Source of the DNA: Spirochaetota bacterium
GTDB lineage: Bacteria > Spirochaetota > UBA12135 > COTS27 > CBDBHE01
Assembly (NCBI GenBank): GCA_965205605.1
Contig: CBDBHE010000002.1
Span: 1-64,000 of the forward strand
Direction of reading: 5' to 3'
Length of the DNA stretch: 64,000 nucleotides
A model generated the notes under the pieces. It was not told the DNA's origin and ran no database searches. It saw only the letters and a program-made list of their open reading frames with translations. Positions 1 to 9,173 of this stretch are shown here, piece after piece. The translations under genes and the position numbers were made by a program. The stretch's first letter is position 1; every line of letters begins with the position of its first letter.

Positions 1-2
1 CT

Positions 3-848
3 GACCCATGTACTTTCAAATTCTTTTTCCATGTAACAAACTATTTTTTCAAGAGGTTTTTTAAAAAGTCGAATTGTTTTTTTTTGAGCATATTTTGCAG
101 CTTGAAGGTAAGTGTTTAAATGACTACCGACATATAATCCAGAAGTAATAAGGTCGTCTTTTTTAGCAGGGGTTTTGACAATGAGGATATATACTTGAGG
201 TAAATGAGAAAGGTGTTTTTTTTCTGCTTGATTAAAAAACCCCCTTAAAGGAGAAATAATTTGCCCTAAGTTGTCTTCGAGCCCATAGCAAGCTCCCATA
301 AGTTGAGAAGTATTTAAAGTGTTTTTGCCCCCCAAACCGATAAAATAATTTTTATTATGATTGGCCATTCCTAAGATTTCGTGAGGGACAACACGACCAA
401 TATTAATAATAAAATCATATTTTTTTTCAAAAAGCTTTTGATTGATTTCTAAAGGGATATCCCAATTTGCTTTTTTTTGAGTGTATTTAAAAATTTCTTT
501 TTGATCTATTTTCCCAATTAATCTACAGTCTTTAAGCCAATTATGATTGTGAATATTTTTTTGAGGAATATCGCCAAACATTTTTTTATTTTCATCGGTA
601 GTGTGAATTTGATGCTGTCCTAAGGTAGGAATGATATCTATTTTTCCTCCTTGTTTTTTAATAAGGTGATAAAGGTAGTTGGTAAGAATGCCTGCTCCAG
701 ATTGAAAGCGAGTGATGTCAGGAGGGAGCAAAAGACAATGGTTGATTTTGTTTTTATTTAATTTTTTTTTAGCGGTTATAATAAGTTTTTCCATCATTTC
801 TTTTTGATCACGCAAAGTGATATTTTTACCTTCTTTGTAAAACCACAT
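3..848 (-). CDS. LarA (lactate racemase)/DUF2088-domain protein, 3' end beyond window
   Basis: Not in the ORF track. Manual translation from ATG at 848 gives MWFYKEGKN...LLLPPDITRFQSGAG...IIPTLGQH...IGRVVPHEILGMANHNKNYFIGLGG..., open to the window edge. The PDxTR, GxH and PHE..G motifs match the LarA N-terminal domain. Confidence 0.75.
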   Translation of the reverse strand, partial: MWFYKEGKNITLRDQKEMMEKLIITAKKKLNKNKINHCLLLPPDITRFQSGAGILTNYLYHLIKKQGGKIDIIPTLGQHQIHTTDENKKMFGDIPQKNIHNHNWLKDCRLIGKIDQKEIFKYTQKKANWDIPLEINQKLFEKKYDFIINIGRVVPHEILGMANHNKNYFIGLGGKNTLNTSQLMGACYGLEDNLGQIISPLRGFFNQAEKKHLSHLPQVYILIVKTPAKKDDLITSGLYVGSHLNTYLQAAKYAQKKTIRLFKKPLEKIVCYMEKEFESTWV

Positions 849-1012
849 AAGGCATGATTATATAATTGATCTTTAATTTTAAGGAATTGGAAGAAATTTT
901 CATTTTTAAAATTGAGCTAAATAAAAAATTATTTAAAAGTATTGTTTTTTTTTAGAAAATGAAGAAAAATAGATTTACTGAAATTTAGTTTGAAAATTAA
1001 TTATTTAAAAAA

Positions 1013-1798
1013 ATGAATCTTAAAAAAAGTAAAATTAAAAGTAAAAATGAAATGATTTATTTTGATCAATTTTCTTTTTATTATGGAGAAAATCAGGTGC
1101 TTTTTGATATTAATCTTAAAATTCCTAAAAATAAAGTCATTGCTTTTATAGGGCCATCGGGGTGTGGCAAATCAACTTTACTTAGAAGTGTTAATCGGAT
1201 GAATGATTTGATTGATCATATTAATCATCAAGGAGATATTACAATTGAAGGAGAAAGTGTTTATAATCATAAATTGGATGTAAGCTTTTTAAGAAAAAGA
1301 GTGGGAATGGTTTTTCAAAAATCAAACCCTTTCCCTAAAAGTATTTATGAAAATATTATTTTTAGCCTTAAGATGTCTGGCCTTAATAAGAAAAGCTTTT
1401 TAGATGAAGTAGTTGAAATGAGCTTGAAGAAAGCTTTTTTATGGAAAGAAGTAAAAGATCGTTTGCATAAGAGTGCTTTAAGTCTTTCTGGAGGACAAAT
1501 GCAAAGGCTTTGTATTGCAAGAGCAATTGCTAATTCTCCTGAAGTGCTTTTAATGGATGAGCCTTGTTCTGCTTTAGATCCTATTGCAACAGATAAAATA
1601 GAAGATTTAGTTCAAGAGCTTAGAAAAGAATTTACAATTGTTATTGTTACTCATAATTTACAACAAGCTTCTCGTATATCAGATCAGACGGCTTTTTTTT
1701 ATTTAGGCAAACTGATTGAATATTCAGAAACTGAAAAAATGTTTATTAACCCAGAAAATAAAAAAACAGAAGATTATATTACAGGAAAATTTGGATAA
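1013..1798 (+). CDS. pstB: Phosphate ABC transporter ATP-binding protein
   Basis: [52 protein letters not shown]-terminal [10 protein letters not shown]. Confidence 0.97.
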   Translation: MNLKKSKIKSKNEMIYFDQFSFYYGENQVLFDINLKIPKNKVIAFIGPSGCGKSTLLRSVNRMNDLIDHINHQGDITIEGESVYNHKLDVSFLRKRVGMVFQKSNPFPKSIYENIIFSLKMSGLNKKSFLDEVVEMSLKKAFLWKEVKDRLHKSALSLSGGQMQRLCIARAIANSPEVLLMDEPCSALDPIATDKIEDLVQELRKEFTIVIVTHNLQQASRISDQTAFFYLGKLIEYSETEKMFINPENKKTEDYITGKFG

Positions 1799-1809
1799 GG
1801 ATTTTTTTT

Positions 1810-2508
1810 ATGACATTTCATTTTGATAGAGATATTAGCCGACTTAAAAAAGAAGCATTTAATTTTTTCAGAAGTGTTGAAAAAACGTTTTCTCTTGCGA
1901 TTGATTGTATTAAAAACAAAGATGTTTCTTTGGCTAAAAAAATCATTAAAGAAGATGAAAAAATTGATGCAATGGAGCTATATCTTGAAGAAGAATGCCT
2001 TAAAATATTAGCTCTTAATCAACCTGTTGCTAAAGATTTGAGGCTTTTAATTACTTTTATAAAGTTAACTAATGATCTTGAACGCATTGCTGATATTGCT
2101 GTTAATATTGCAAAAAGTAATTTATCTTTAATTGATCAGACCAAAAACTTACCTGATAAAATAATATCGATTTCATCTCCTTTTGATATTGATAAGATGG
2201 CTAAAATTACTTTAAAAATGGTAAGGAAGGGATTTAAAGCTTTGAATGAAATGGATCTTAAAATAGCAAAGGAAGTCATTAAACAAGATAAAAGTTTAAA
2301 TAAACTTCATTCTGAAAATTATTTTAAGATTTCAAAGTATACCGCTGATCATATGCCTCAAAGCAAAAGACAAGAGCATATTTTTGCCAATCTTATTTAT
2401 TTAAGCGTTTCTAAGCAATTAGAAAGAATTGGTGATCTGATGACAAATATCGCAGAAGATACTTATTATATTGTTACAGGGACTATCATTCGTCACCGAA
2501 AAATATAA
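1810..2508 (+). CDS. phoU: Phosphate signalling protein PhoU
   Basis: Two PhoU repeats (QPVAKDLR...DLERIAD; LERIGD..TNIAE); 11 nt downstream of pstB. Confidence 0.95.
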   Translation: MTFHFDRDISRLKKEAFNFFRSVEKTFSLAIDCIKNKDVSLAKKIIKEDEKIDAMELYLEEECLKILALNQPVAKDLRLLITFIKLTNDLERIADIAVNIAKSNLSLIDQTKNLPDKIISISSPFDIDKMAKITLKMVRKGFKALNEMDLKIAKEVIKQDKSLNKLHSENYFKISKYTADHMPQSKRQEHIFANLIYLSVSKQLERIGDLMTNIAEDTYYIVTGTIIRHRKI

Positions 2509-2531
2509 GATTTGAGAATTATTAAGAAAAA

Positions 2532-4828
2532 TTAATTAGTAAAGTTTAGCTTATAAACTAAGATTTCATTAAACCCATTTAAAGAAACATAAATCTTTGA
2601 ATCAAAATAAGAAATGTCATAAATTTTTTTTTCTTGAGGAACAATAATTTCCAATTTTTCTTTTTTGAAATTAGTGTCGTAAAAATAGATAAGATTTTTC
2701 TTTCTATTAACAGAAAAAATATAATACTTTTGACTGACTTCAATAGGGCCTGGTATAAAGTTTATTTTTATTTTTTGAATGACTTCTCCATCAAAAGTTG
2801 CTTTGATTAATCTAAGATTTCCCCAGTCACTAATTAGTAAAATTTTCTCATTTAAAATAGAGATGTCATTAGGCTCAGAAAGTTGGAGCTGATCAATTGT
2901 TTTGGTTTCTTCGTCTTTTATAAAGATGATTTGATTTTTTGCTGAATTAGCAATTGCTTGTATTTTATATTTGTTATCAACTCCAATAGGAATAGACATA
3001 TTTGAAAGAATTTTAGGTGTAGTAAAAGATTTGTTTTGTTTATTAATTTGAAATAAAACAGCTTGATTTTTTCTTGAATCACTTATGATTAAGTTTTGAT
3101 TATCATAAGAAACATCTGTTGGTAAGAAAAAATTATCCCCACTTACAGGATAATTAAATTTTTGTATTTCATGACCTTTTAAATCAGTCCATAGCACTTC
3201 TTTGTTTTGCCCATCACAAATAAAAATCCCCACTTCACTTACATCAATACCTAAAGCTTGTTTTGTTTTTATTTTTATAGGAGCTTTTTCTTCAATGGTT
3301 CCTTTGTCTAAAACGACAGTTAGATTACTTTTTTGATCTGATTTTATTTGTAAGGACCAATTTTTTTGTTGAAACCCTTTTTTTTCAGCTGTTAATCTAT
3401 AAGTTTCGGGTTCTAAATTAATCGAGTAGAGATTTTCTTTTTCTTTTTTAAAGTCTTCTTTTTGAAAAGTGATGTTTTTTTTGGTATCAGATAAATTGAT
3501 TAAAATATCTTTGTCTTTGATGTTTAAAATAAGTGAAGCGAGTTTCTTTTCTTCAGGTTTTTTTGTTTGTTTGAAGGTTGTAGTGATAGAGATATTTTTT
3601 TTAGGGCCTTTGATAACGATTTTTTTTTTAATGACTTCTTTTGATTTAATTTCTTTAAAGGAGGTTTTGTAAGTGCCTTTTTTGAGGGCTAGTTTTAAAG
3701 GAGTTTTTCCTTTTAATTCGTCATCAATATAGACTTGTGAGGAGGGATCACTTTTGAAGGAAACATTGTATAACTCAACAGATTTTTTTTTTGTTTGAAG
3801 GTTGTAGTAATAAAAATATTTTTTTTAGAGCCTTTGATAACGATTTTTTTTTTAATGACTTTTTTTGATTTAATTTCTTTAAAGAAGATTTTGTAAGCGC
3901 CTTTTTTGAGGGTTAGTTTTAAAGGAGTTTTTCCTTTTAATTTGCCATCAATATAGACTTGTGAGGAGGGATTACTTTTGAATAAGACATTGTATAATTT
4001 AATAGAAATAAGTGATTTTTCTCCTTTTTTTAAATTGATTTTATATTCATAAATAAGACGGTTGATTTTTTCTTTGTAATGGGTATTTTTAGAGGTAAAA
4101 AATTCTTTTTGAAGATGTCTAAACTTTGAATCACTAAAAGGGGGCCTTTTTGTAACAGAGGTGATATCTTCATAGAGTTGAAAAATTGGTTGAGCAATAA
4201 TGTTTTTTATTTTGAGTTCTTTAGAATTTTCTTTTTTAGGGATTAAAAACTGTTTTTTTGGAGAAACCATTTGAGCTATAAACAAATTTGAATAAGCTCC
4301 AACGCCTGATAGTGAGTAAAAATAAACATTTTTTTTATCAACATTACAAATGACATCACCATAAGAGTGTAAATATTTTCCACTTCCCTCTGTTCCAATA
4401 GAAAATCCTTTAATTAGGTTTCTTTTTTCAATAATATCTTTAGGTGCGTGACTTAAATAAACAGTTCCTTTTAAAACTTTAATGACAAAGCGAGTTTTTT
4501 TTGCAGTACTTTTTATTTGAATAAGACTATCGGGAGCTAAAATAAGGCGATTTAATTTTCCAATACTTAAAACTAAAAGACCATTTTTGTCAGTATTTAA
4601 GAAGCCATCTTTAATTTTTGTATTTATTTTAATAATTTTTAAATCACCTTTACTAAAATAATCAACTTGCCCCCTTGAGTAAATAACACTTACTTCTACA
4701 TTAACCAAGCGATAAATCCAATAAGGAACTCGTTTGGCGGATACATTTAAAACAGATTTTGTTTGAGTACAAGAATTACTCAATATTAAAGTGATTAATA
4801 TAATAATAATTGAAAATAATTTTTTCAT
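2532..4828 (-). pseudogene. Frameshifted lipoprotein gene (~765 aa if repaired): signal/lipobox + FecR-like region + tandem PEGA domains + NHL-type beta-propeller
   Basis: ORFs 3713..4828 and 2532..3233 join if 1 nt is added at the A10 run (T10 at 3783-3792). I translated the frame from 3782 to 3233 by hand and found no stop; it continues into the downstream ORF. Lipobox LSNSC; PEGA SNPSSQVYIDGKLKGKTPL twice; NHL-like PTDVSYD..ISDS and EPNDISI...ISDWGN. Confidence 0.75.
3558..3997. repeat. Tandem duplication of a PEGA-coding unit, period 224 bp (225 expected)
   Basis: agacttgtgaggaggga at 3731 and 3955; acattgtataa at 3763 and 3987. The copies differ by scattered substitutions. Confidence 0.92.
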
Positions 4829-4871
4829 AAAAAAAATGATTATCGTTAATTAAAAAATGATTATGTATCTT

Positions 4872-4901
4872 ATCATTAATTTTTGAATAAAAATTAATGA
4901 T
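4872..4901. promoter_or_regulatory. Perfect 13-bp inverted repeat (operator or weak terminator)
   Basis: ATCATTAATTTTT-gaat-AAAAATTAATGAT between the PCD stop and the lipoprotein start. Confidence 0.45.
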
Positions 4902-4944
4902 CGCCTATCAAATATAAAAGATTAGTGCTTATAAAATTCCTGTT

Positions 4945-5250
4945 TCAAGTAAGTGTTTTCCATTTTTCTAGGGCACTGGCAAGATTAATATCTGATCTTG
5001 TGATTTGATTTTTGCTGTGAGTTGTCATTTTAATAGTAATGCTTTTTGTTTTTGTATCAAAGGCAAATTCTGGATGATGATTTTGATTAACAATTGTATT
5101 TGCTAAGTAAGGAAGAAATCGATTAATTTCTTTAAAGTTATCAAATAGGTATTTTTTTTTCAACCAAACTCCGTCTATGTGCCAATTTTCTAAGTCATTG
5201 ACCAAGTCTTCAATTTCTGTTTTAGTAAGTTTTGTTTTATCTTCTGCCAT
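4945..5250 (-). CDS. Pterin-4a-carbinolamine dehydratase (PCD/PhhB family)
   Basis: W..L.K.Y.F.NF, NHHPEF, MTTHS...ITRSDINLA motifs. Confidence 0.88.
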   Translation of the reverse strand: MAEDKTKLTKTEIEDLVNDLENWHIDGVWLKKKYLFDNFKEINRFLPYLANTIVNQNHHPEFAFDTKTKSITIKMTTHSKNQITRSDINLASALEKWKTLT

Positions 5251-5307
5251 TTTTAAAACACCTTTTTATACGAATATTAATATTAATATTATTTTGAAAA
5301 ATGATGT

Positions 5308-6297
5308 TTATTTTTTTTTTGAAAAAAAATAATTGATAAGGTTAATCGCTTTATCACGATTGTCTTGAAAACAAAAAGTATGCTTACTTTTTTTAGTTTT
5401 TAAAGGGAAATTGTCGATGTTTGAGAGAAATCGATAAATTGATTTTTTTAATTTTTTTCGATTAGCAAAAAAACCCCAGCCTGTTTTTTCTAACATAATA
5501 GCATTTAAAAATTGTTCATGTTGAAGATATTCTGGGAAAACCAAAAGAGGTTTTTTAAGATAAAGACATTCTGAGATGATTTGATGACCTGCTGAAGAGA
5601 TGACTCCTTTACATTGAGAAAAAATTTCTAAGAAATTTTTTTTTGAATTTGGAAAAAAAATAAAGTTTTCACTTTTTACTTCTTTTAAAATATTTTTTAT
5701 TTTTTCTTTAATATTACTTTTTACATAAACTAAGATAAAATTTTTTCTATTTATTTTAAGTTTTTTGATTTCATCCCTGATTAAAGGTCCAATATCGCCA
5801 TTATAAAAGGAAGAAACAATTAAAGCGTTTGCTTTTGGCATCATAAAAAAATTGGCGATAATGGCTAGCCAATAACTATAGTGATAATAATAAGGTATTT
5901 TATATAAAATACCCTGATGGTTTAAAAGAAGAGTTGGAATTTTTAGTTGCTTTGATGCCAATACTAAAAAGGGTTCGTAATCGCTTATGATGCCTTTAAT
6001 TTGATGTTTGATTAAATTTTTTTTGATGCTTTCAAGAATTTTTTTTTTTTTAAACATTGTTTTTAAAAAAAGAATGGACGTTTTAAAAATTTGGACTTTT
6101 TCATCTTTTTTAGAAATACTTAAAAGTGGTAGAGAATAAATTTTGATTTTATTTTTTAATAGGGGTTTTAAAAAATAATGAACTTTTTCAGGACACCAAA
6201 TAATAATTTCATTGTTTTTTTGTAATGCTTTTAATAAAGAATAAATTCGACTTGTGTGACCCAATCCGTCTCCACTAAATGAAATTCCAAGTTTCAT
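5308..6297 (-). CDS. MJ1255/VC2487-family GT-B glycosyltransferase
   Basis: GDGLGHTSR, ISDYEP, GPLIRDEI, ILVY, ISSAGHQIISECLYLKKPLLVFP...HEQFLNA. Confidence 0.88.
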   Translation of the reverse strand: MKLGISFSGDGLGHTSRIYSLLKALQKNNEIIIWCPEKVHYFLKPLLKNKIKIYSLPLLSISKKDEKVQIFKTSILFLKTMFKKKKILESIKKNLIKHQIKGIISDYEPFLVLASKQLKIPTLLLNHQGILYKIPYYYHYSYWLAIIANFFMMPKANALIVSSFYNGDIGPLIRDEIKKLKINRKNFILVYVKSNIKEKIKNILKEVKSENFIFFPNSKKNFLEIFSQCKGVISSAGHQIISECLYLKKPLLVFPEYLQHEQFLNAIMLEKTGWGFFANRKKLKKSIYRFLSNIDNFPLKTKKSKHTFCFQDNRDKAINLINYFFSKKK

Positions 6298-6309
6298 GTG
6301 TAGTGGCTT

Positions 6310-7722
6310 TTATACTAACCTTTCTCCTATTTCATTAATATACTTTATTAATGTTTCAATACTTTTTTTAGAAAGATTAAAATTAACAATAATTAACCTA
6401 AAAGAGATTTTTTTTTCGATCATAGAATAATTAACAAAAGCTTTGCCTTCTTTTATGAGTTGATTTCTAATATTTAAATTATGATCGTTTAGTTGTTTTT
6501 CTGTTTTTAAGGCTTTATTTTTATGACGAAAACAAATATTAATAGAAGAGATTGCTTTAACAAGTTCAAAATTAGAATCTTTTTCAATCAAGTTTTTAGT
6601 GTACTCAGCGATTTCAAAAAGAGAATCAATTTTTTTTTCAAAACCATCGTGACCATAACATTTCCAAGCAAGCCAAAGCTTTAAACTATCGACTCTTCTA
6701 CCACATTGAATGGAAAGATGCCCTAAATCAAACTCTTCTTTAGTATCGTGAAACAAGTATTCACTACTGGTTGTTTCATTAATAGATTTTAGCAACCCTG
6801 CTTTATTAACAAGCAGTACCGAACAAATCAAAGGGATACCCATCATTTTATGAGCATCCCAAGCAAAACTATGTGCCATTTCACAGCCTTTCAAAAGAGA
6901 TTTGTGTTTTTTTGATAAAATAACAGATCCCCCCCAAGCTCCATCAATATGAAACCATACTTTGTATTGATGACAAAGTTTAGCTATTTTTTCTATTGGA
7001 TCAAAAGCTCCTAGAACAGTTGTTCCAGCGGTTGCTCCTATAAAAAAGGGAGTTTTTTTATTTTTTTTAGATTTTAAAATTTCTTTTTCTAATACTTCTG
7101 GTATCATTTCTCCTTTCTTGTTGGTTTTGATTTTAGTCATAGATTGACTACCAAGCCCTAATAGGTTAGCTGCTTTTTCAAAAGAATAGTGTGCTTGATC
7201 AGAAACAAAAAAAATTAAATTTTTTTTAGGGTTGATTCCTCTTTTTTTAATTAGAGTATCAAAGTAATTTCTTGCCATAAAAAGAGCAATAAAATTAGCG
7301 TTACTGCCTCCTGTAACAAAAGTTCCTTCTTTGTTTTTAAACCCAATAAGATCACTCATTGTTTTAATGAGTTCTTTTTCTATAAGTGTTGCCATAGGGG
7401 CAACTTCATAGGTATACATAGAGGTATTATTTAATGCGGTAAGTATTTCTCCTACATAGCCCGGTAGAGAAAATCCTGAAAATAGTTGATTATAAAAATT
7501 TTCACTACCTGTTAACACACTATTTTCTAAGTAGGTTTTACTTAAATGAAGTAGCTGGTTTAAACCTTCTCCTTTATTTGTTATTTTGAGGTTTTCTTTT
7601 TTTTTTAACTCAAAAGGAGTTTGATATTGGGTAACAGGGGAGTTTGGATTTTGAAGTTTTTTAATATAGCTCTTTGAAAGAGAGTGAATTTTTTTTAAAA
7701 TTTTTTTCTCTTTTAAATTCAT
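6310..7722 (-). CDS. Group II PLP-dependent decarboxylase, cysteine-sulfinate decarboxylase (CSAD)-like
   Basis: NQLFSG...NNTSMYTYEVAP, HYSFEKAA, ATAGTTVLGAFDP, HIDGAWGG, PLP lysine in AWDAHKM, QCGRRVDSLKLWLAWK. The F-x19-S-x-Y motif is the CSAD type rather than the GAD type. Confidence 0.88.
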   Translation of the reverse strand: MNLKEKKILKKIHSLSKSYIKKLQNPNSPVTQYQTPFELKKKENLKITNKGEGLNQLLHLSKTYLENSVLTGSENFYNQLFSGFSLPGYVGEILTALNNTSMYTYEVAPMATLIEKELIKTMSDLIGFKNKEGTFVTGGSNANFIALFMARNYFDTLIKKRGINPKKNLIFFVSDQAHYSFEKAANLLGLGSQSMTKIKTNKKGEMIPEVLEKEILKSKKNKKTPFFIGATAGTTVLGAFDPIEKIAKLCHQYKVWFHIDGAWGGSVILSKKHKSLLKGCEMAHSFAWDAHKMMGIPLICSVLLVNKAGLLKSINETTSSEYLFHDTKEEFDLGHLSIQCGRRVDSLKLWLAWKCYGHDGFEKKIDSLFEIAEYTKNLIEKDSNFELVKAISSINICFRHKNKALKTEKQLNDHNLNIRNQLIKEGKAFVNYSMIEKKISFRLIIVNFNLSKKSIETLIKYINEIGERLV

Positions 7723-7743
7723 CTATAAATAAAAAGCAAATAT

Positions 7744-8139
7744 TTATTTGGATTTTTTAAAAAAAATTAAGAACATCTCTATAAAAGCGAGTTCGGAAAT
7801 TCTAAACCGATAAGTGTGAATGGTATAGGAAGGAAGTGCAATGATAAAAGAATATAAAGCAGACCATAAAATTTGTGGAGATTTAGCAATCGTATGAATC
7901 AAAAAAGTCAAAATAAACGTTAAAACGGAAGGTAGTAAAATTGCTAATAATTTTTTTTTTTTAGCAAGTTTACGACAAAGTAAGCTCCCTAAAGTCACCG
8001 AAAAACTTGTATAACAAAACTGAACTAAAGCTGCGAAAAAAGCAGACTGCCAATCTTGAGTAAAATTAATAAAAAAAATAGGAATTGCCATTCCAAAAGC
8101 ACTAATTAAAGCCAGTTCGATATCTGTTTTTTTTATCAT
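7744..8139 (-). CDS. Small integral membrane protein (about 4 TM), unknown function
   Basis: Four hydrophobic segments. The ATG at 8139 overlaps the upstream stop (TAATG), so I prefer it to the TTG at 8145. Confidence 0.75.
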   Translation of the reverse strand: MIKKTDIELALISAFGMAIPIFFINFTQDWQSAFFAALVQFCYTSFSVTLGSLLCRKLAKKKKLLAILLPSVLTFILTFLIHTIAKSPQILWSALYSFIIALPSYTIHTYRFRISELAFIEMFLIFFKKSK

Positions 8140-9143
8140 TACCAAAGCTTTCCTGTAATTTTTTTTGTTAAAAGAAAAAAATTAATATATTTTTTTAAAA
8201 ATGACAGAAAAGAGATATTGATAACTTTTGGATCAGTTTTGTTTTGATTGGCAATAAAAAAAAGTAGTGACCATTGTGTTTTTAATTCTGAAAGACCTTC
8301 TTTTAAATTATAACGTTTATCCCAAATGTGTATAAATTCTGAAGTGGCTCCATTGATTTCAATAATTTTAAAGGAGCCTTTTTTAAAAGCATCAATTGAT
8401 TTTGCTTTCACATCCATTCTTCCAAAATAAAACCCATCAATATGGCAGATGTCTTCTACCGTTTTTTTTAGATCTTCTGTAATCCAATTTTTTCTATCAT
8501 AAAAGTTAACGCCTCTTGATCGGCAAGCACTAATGGTTAATTTTTCAACTTGATCTTTTTTAAGAATGGTGCTTAGTTTTTTTTTATAGATTTTTTTAAT
8601 TCGTTTTTTATCATCAAAATCGCTTTTATTAATTAGTGTTTCAAAAGTATTTTTACCATCACCTTTTAAAATAGGAATTTTTTTTTCAGTTAAAGAAACA
8701 ATTTCTCCTTTTTTTTGGTTTGGAAATCGCACATAAAAGATACCAAATTCAAAAGCAGAATCATCATATTTTTGAATTTGATAATCCCACTGTTGTGAGT
8801 CTAAAAGCTTTATAAGAGATTTTTTAGACTTAATAAGTGAAACATCAATCCCTCGATGGGAAGTATTAGGTTTTACAATAACAGGAAGACGATGATTTTT
8901 AATAAAAAGATTAATTTTTTTTTTTTTGTCTAAATCATTTTTTTTGATCACAAGATAAGGGAGAATTTTATTTTGAAATAAATTAAAAATAGAGTCTTTT
9001 GGAGTAAAAGGAAGCCCTCCTAAAATAAAAGCAGGATTTGCTTTAGTGATAATTGATATCGAGGACCTATACTTGATGCAAAGTTTAATAATATGAGGGA
9101 TTAAAAGAGGGTAAAGAAATATAGGAGAAATATTATTTTGCAT
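8139..9143 (-). CDS. ATP-grasp carboxylate-amine ligase (often annotated D-Ala-D-Ala-ligase-like)
   Basis: PVIVKPNTSHRG, QKY...EFGIFY, GDGKNT, GFYFGRMDVK, IIEINGATSE. Confidence 0.85.
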   Translation of the reverse strand: MQNNISPIFLYPLLIPHIIKLCIKYRSSISIITKANPAFILGGLPFTPKDSIFNLFQNKILPYLVIKKNDLDKKKKINLFIKNHRLPVIVKPNTSHRGIDVSLIKSKKSLIKLLDSQQWDYQIQKYDDSAFEFGIFYVRFPNQKKGEIVSLTEKKIPILKGDGKNTFETLINKSDFDDKKRIKKIYKKKLSTILKKDQVEKLTISACRSRGVNFYDRKNWITEDLKKTVEDICHIDGFYFGRMDVKAKSIDAFKKGSFKIIEINGATSEFIHIWDKRYNLKEGLSELKTQWSLLFFIANQNKTDPKVINISFLSFLKKYINFFLLTKKITGKLW

Positions 9144-9173
9144 TTAAAAAAAAGAAATTTTGAGACTTTTTAA

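Noticed and set aside
3469-3672. 67-aa plus-strand ORF in the apparent gap
   Set aside because: The gap is the open minus-strand continuation of the frameshifted PEGA/NHL gene.
5273-5290. (AATATT)x3 palindromic microsatellite upstream of PCD
   Set aside because: Low complexity; plausible by chance at this AT content.
6310-7722. Call as gadB or as a siderophore DABA decarboxylase
   Set aside because: No E. coli GadB signatures, no antiporter and no NIS synthetase nearby; the CSAD-type motif and adjacent CDO fit better.
8139-9143. Call as ddl (D-Ala-D-Ala ligase)
   Set aside because: It lacks the Ddl N-terminal GG.S.E and HG..GEDG motifs; only the generic ATP-grasp core is shared.
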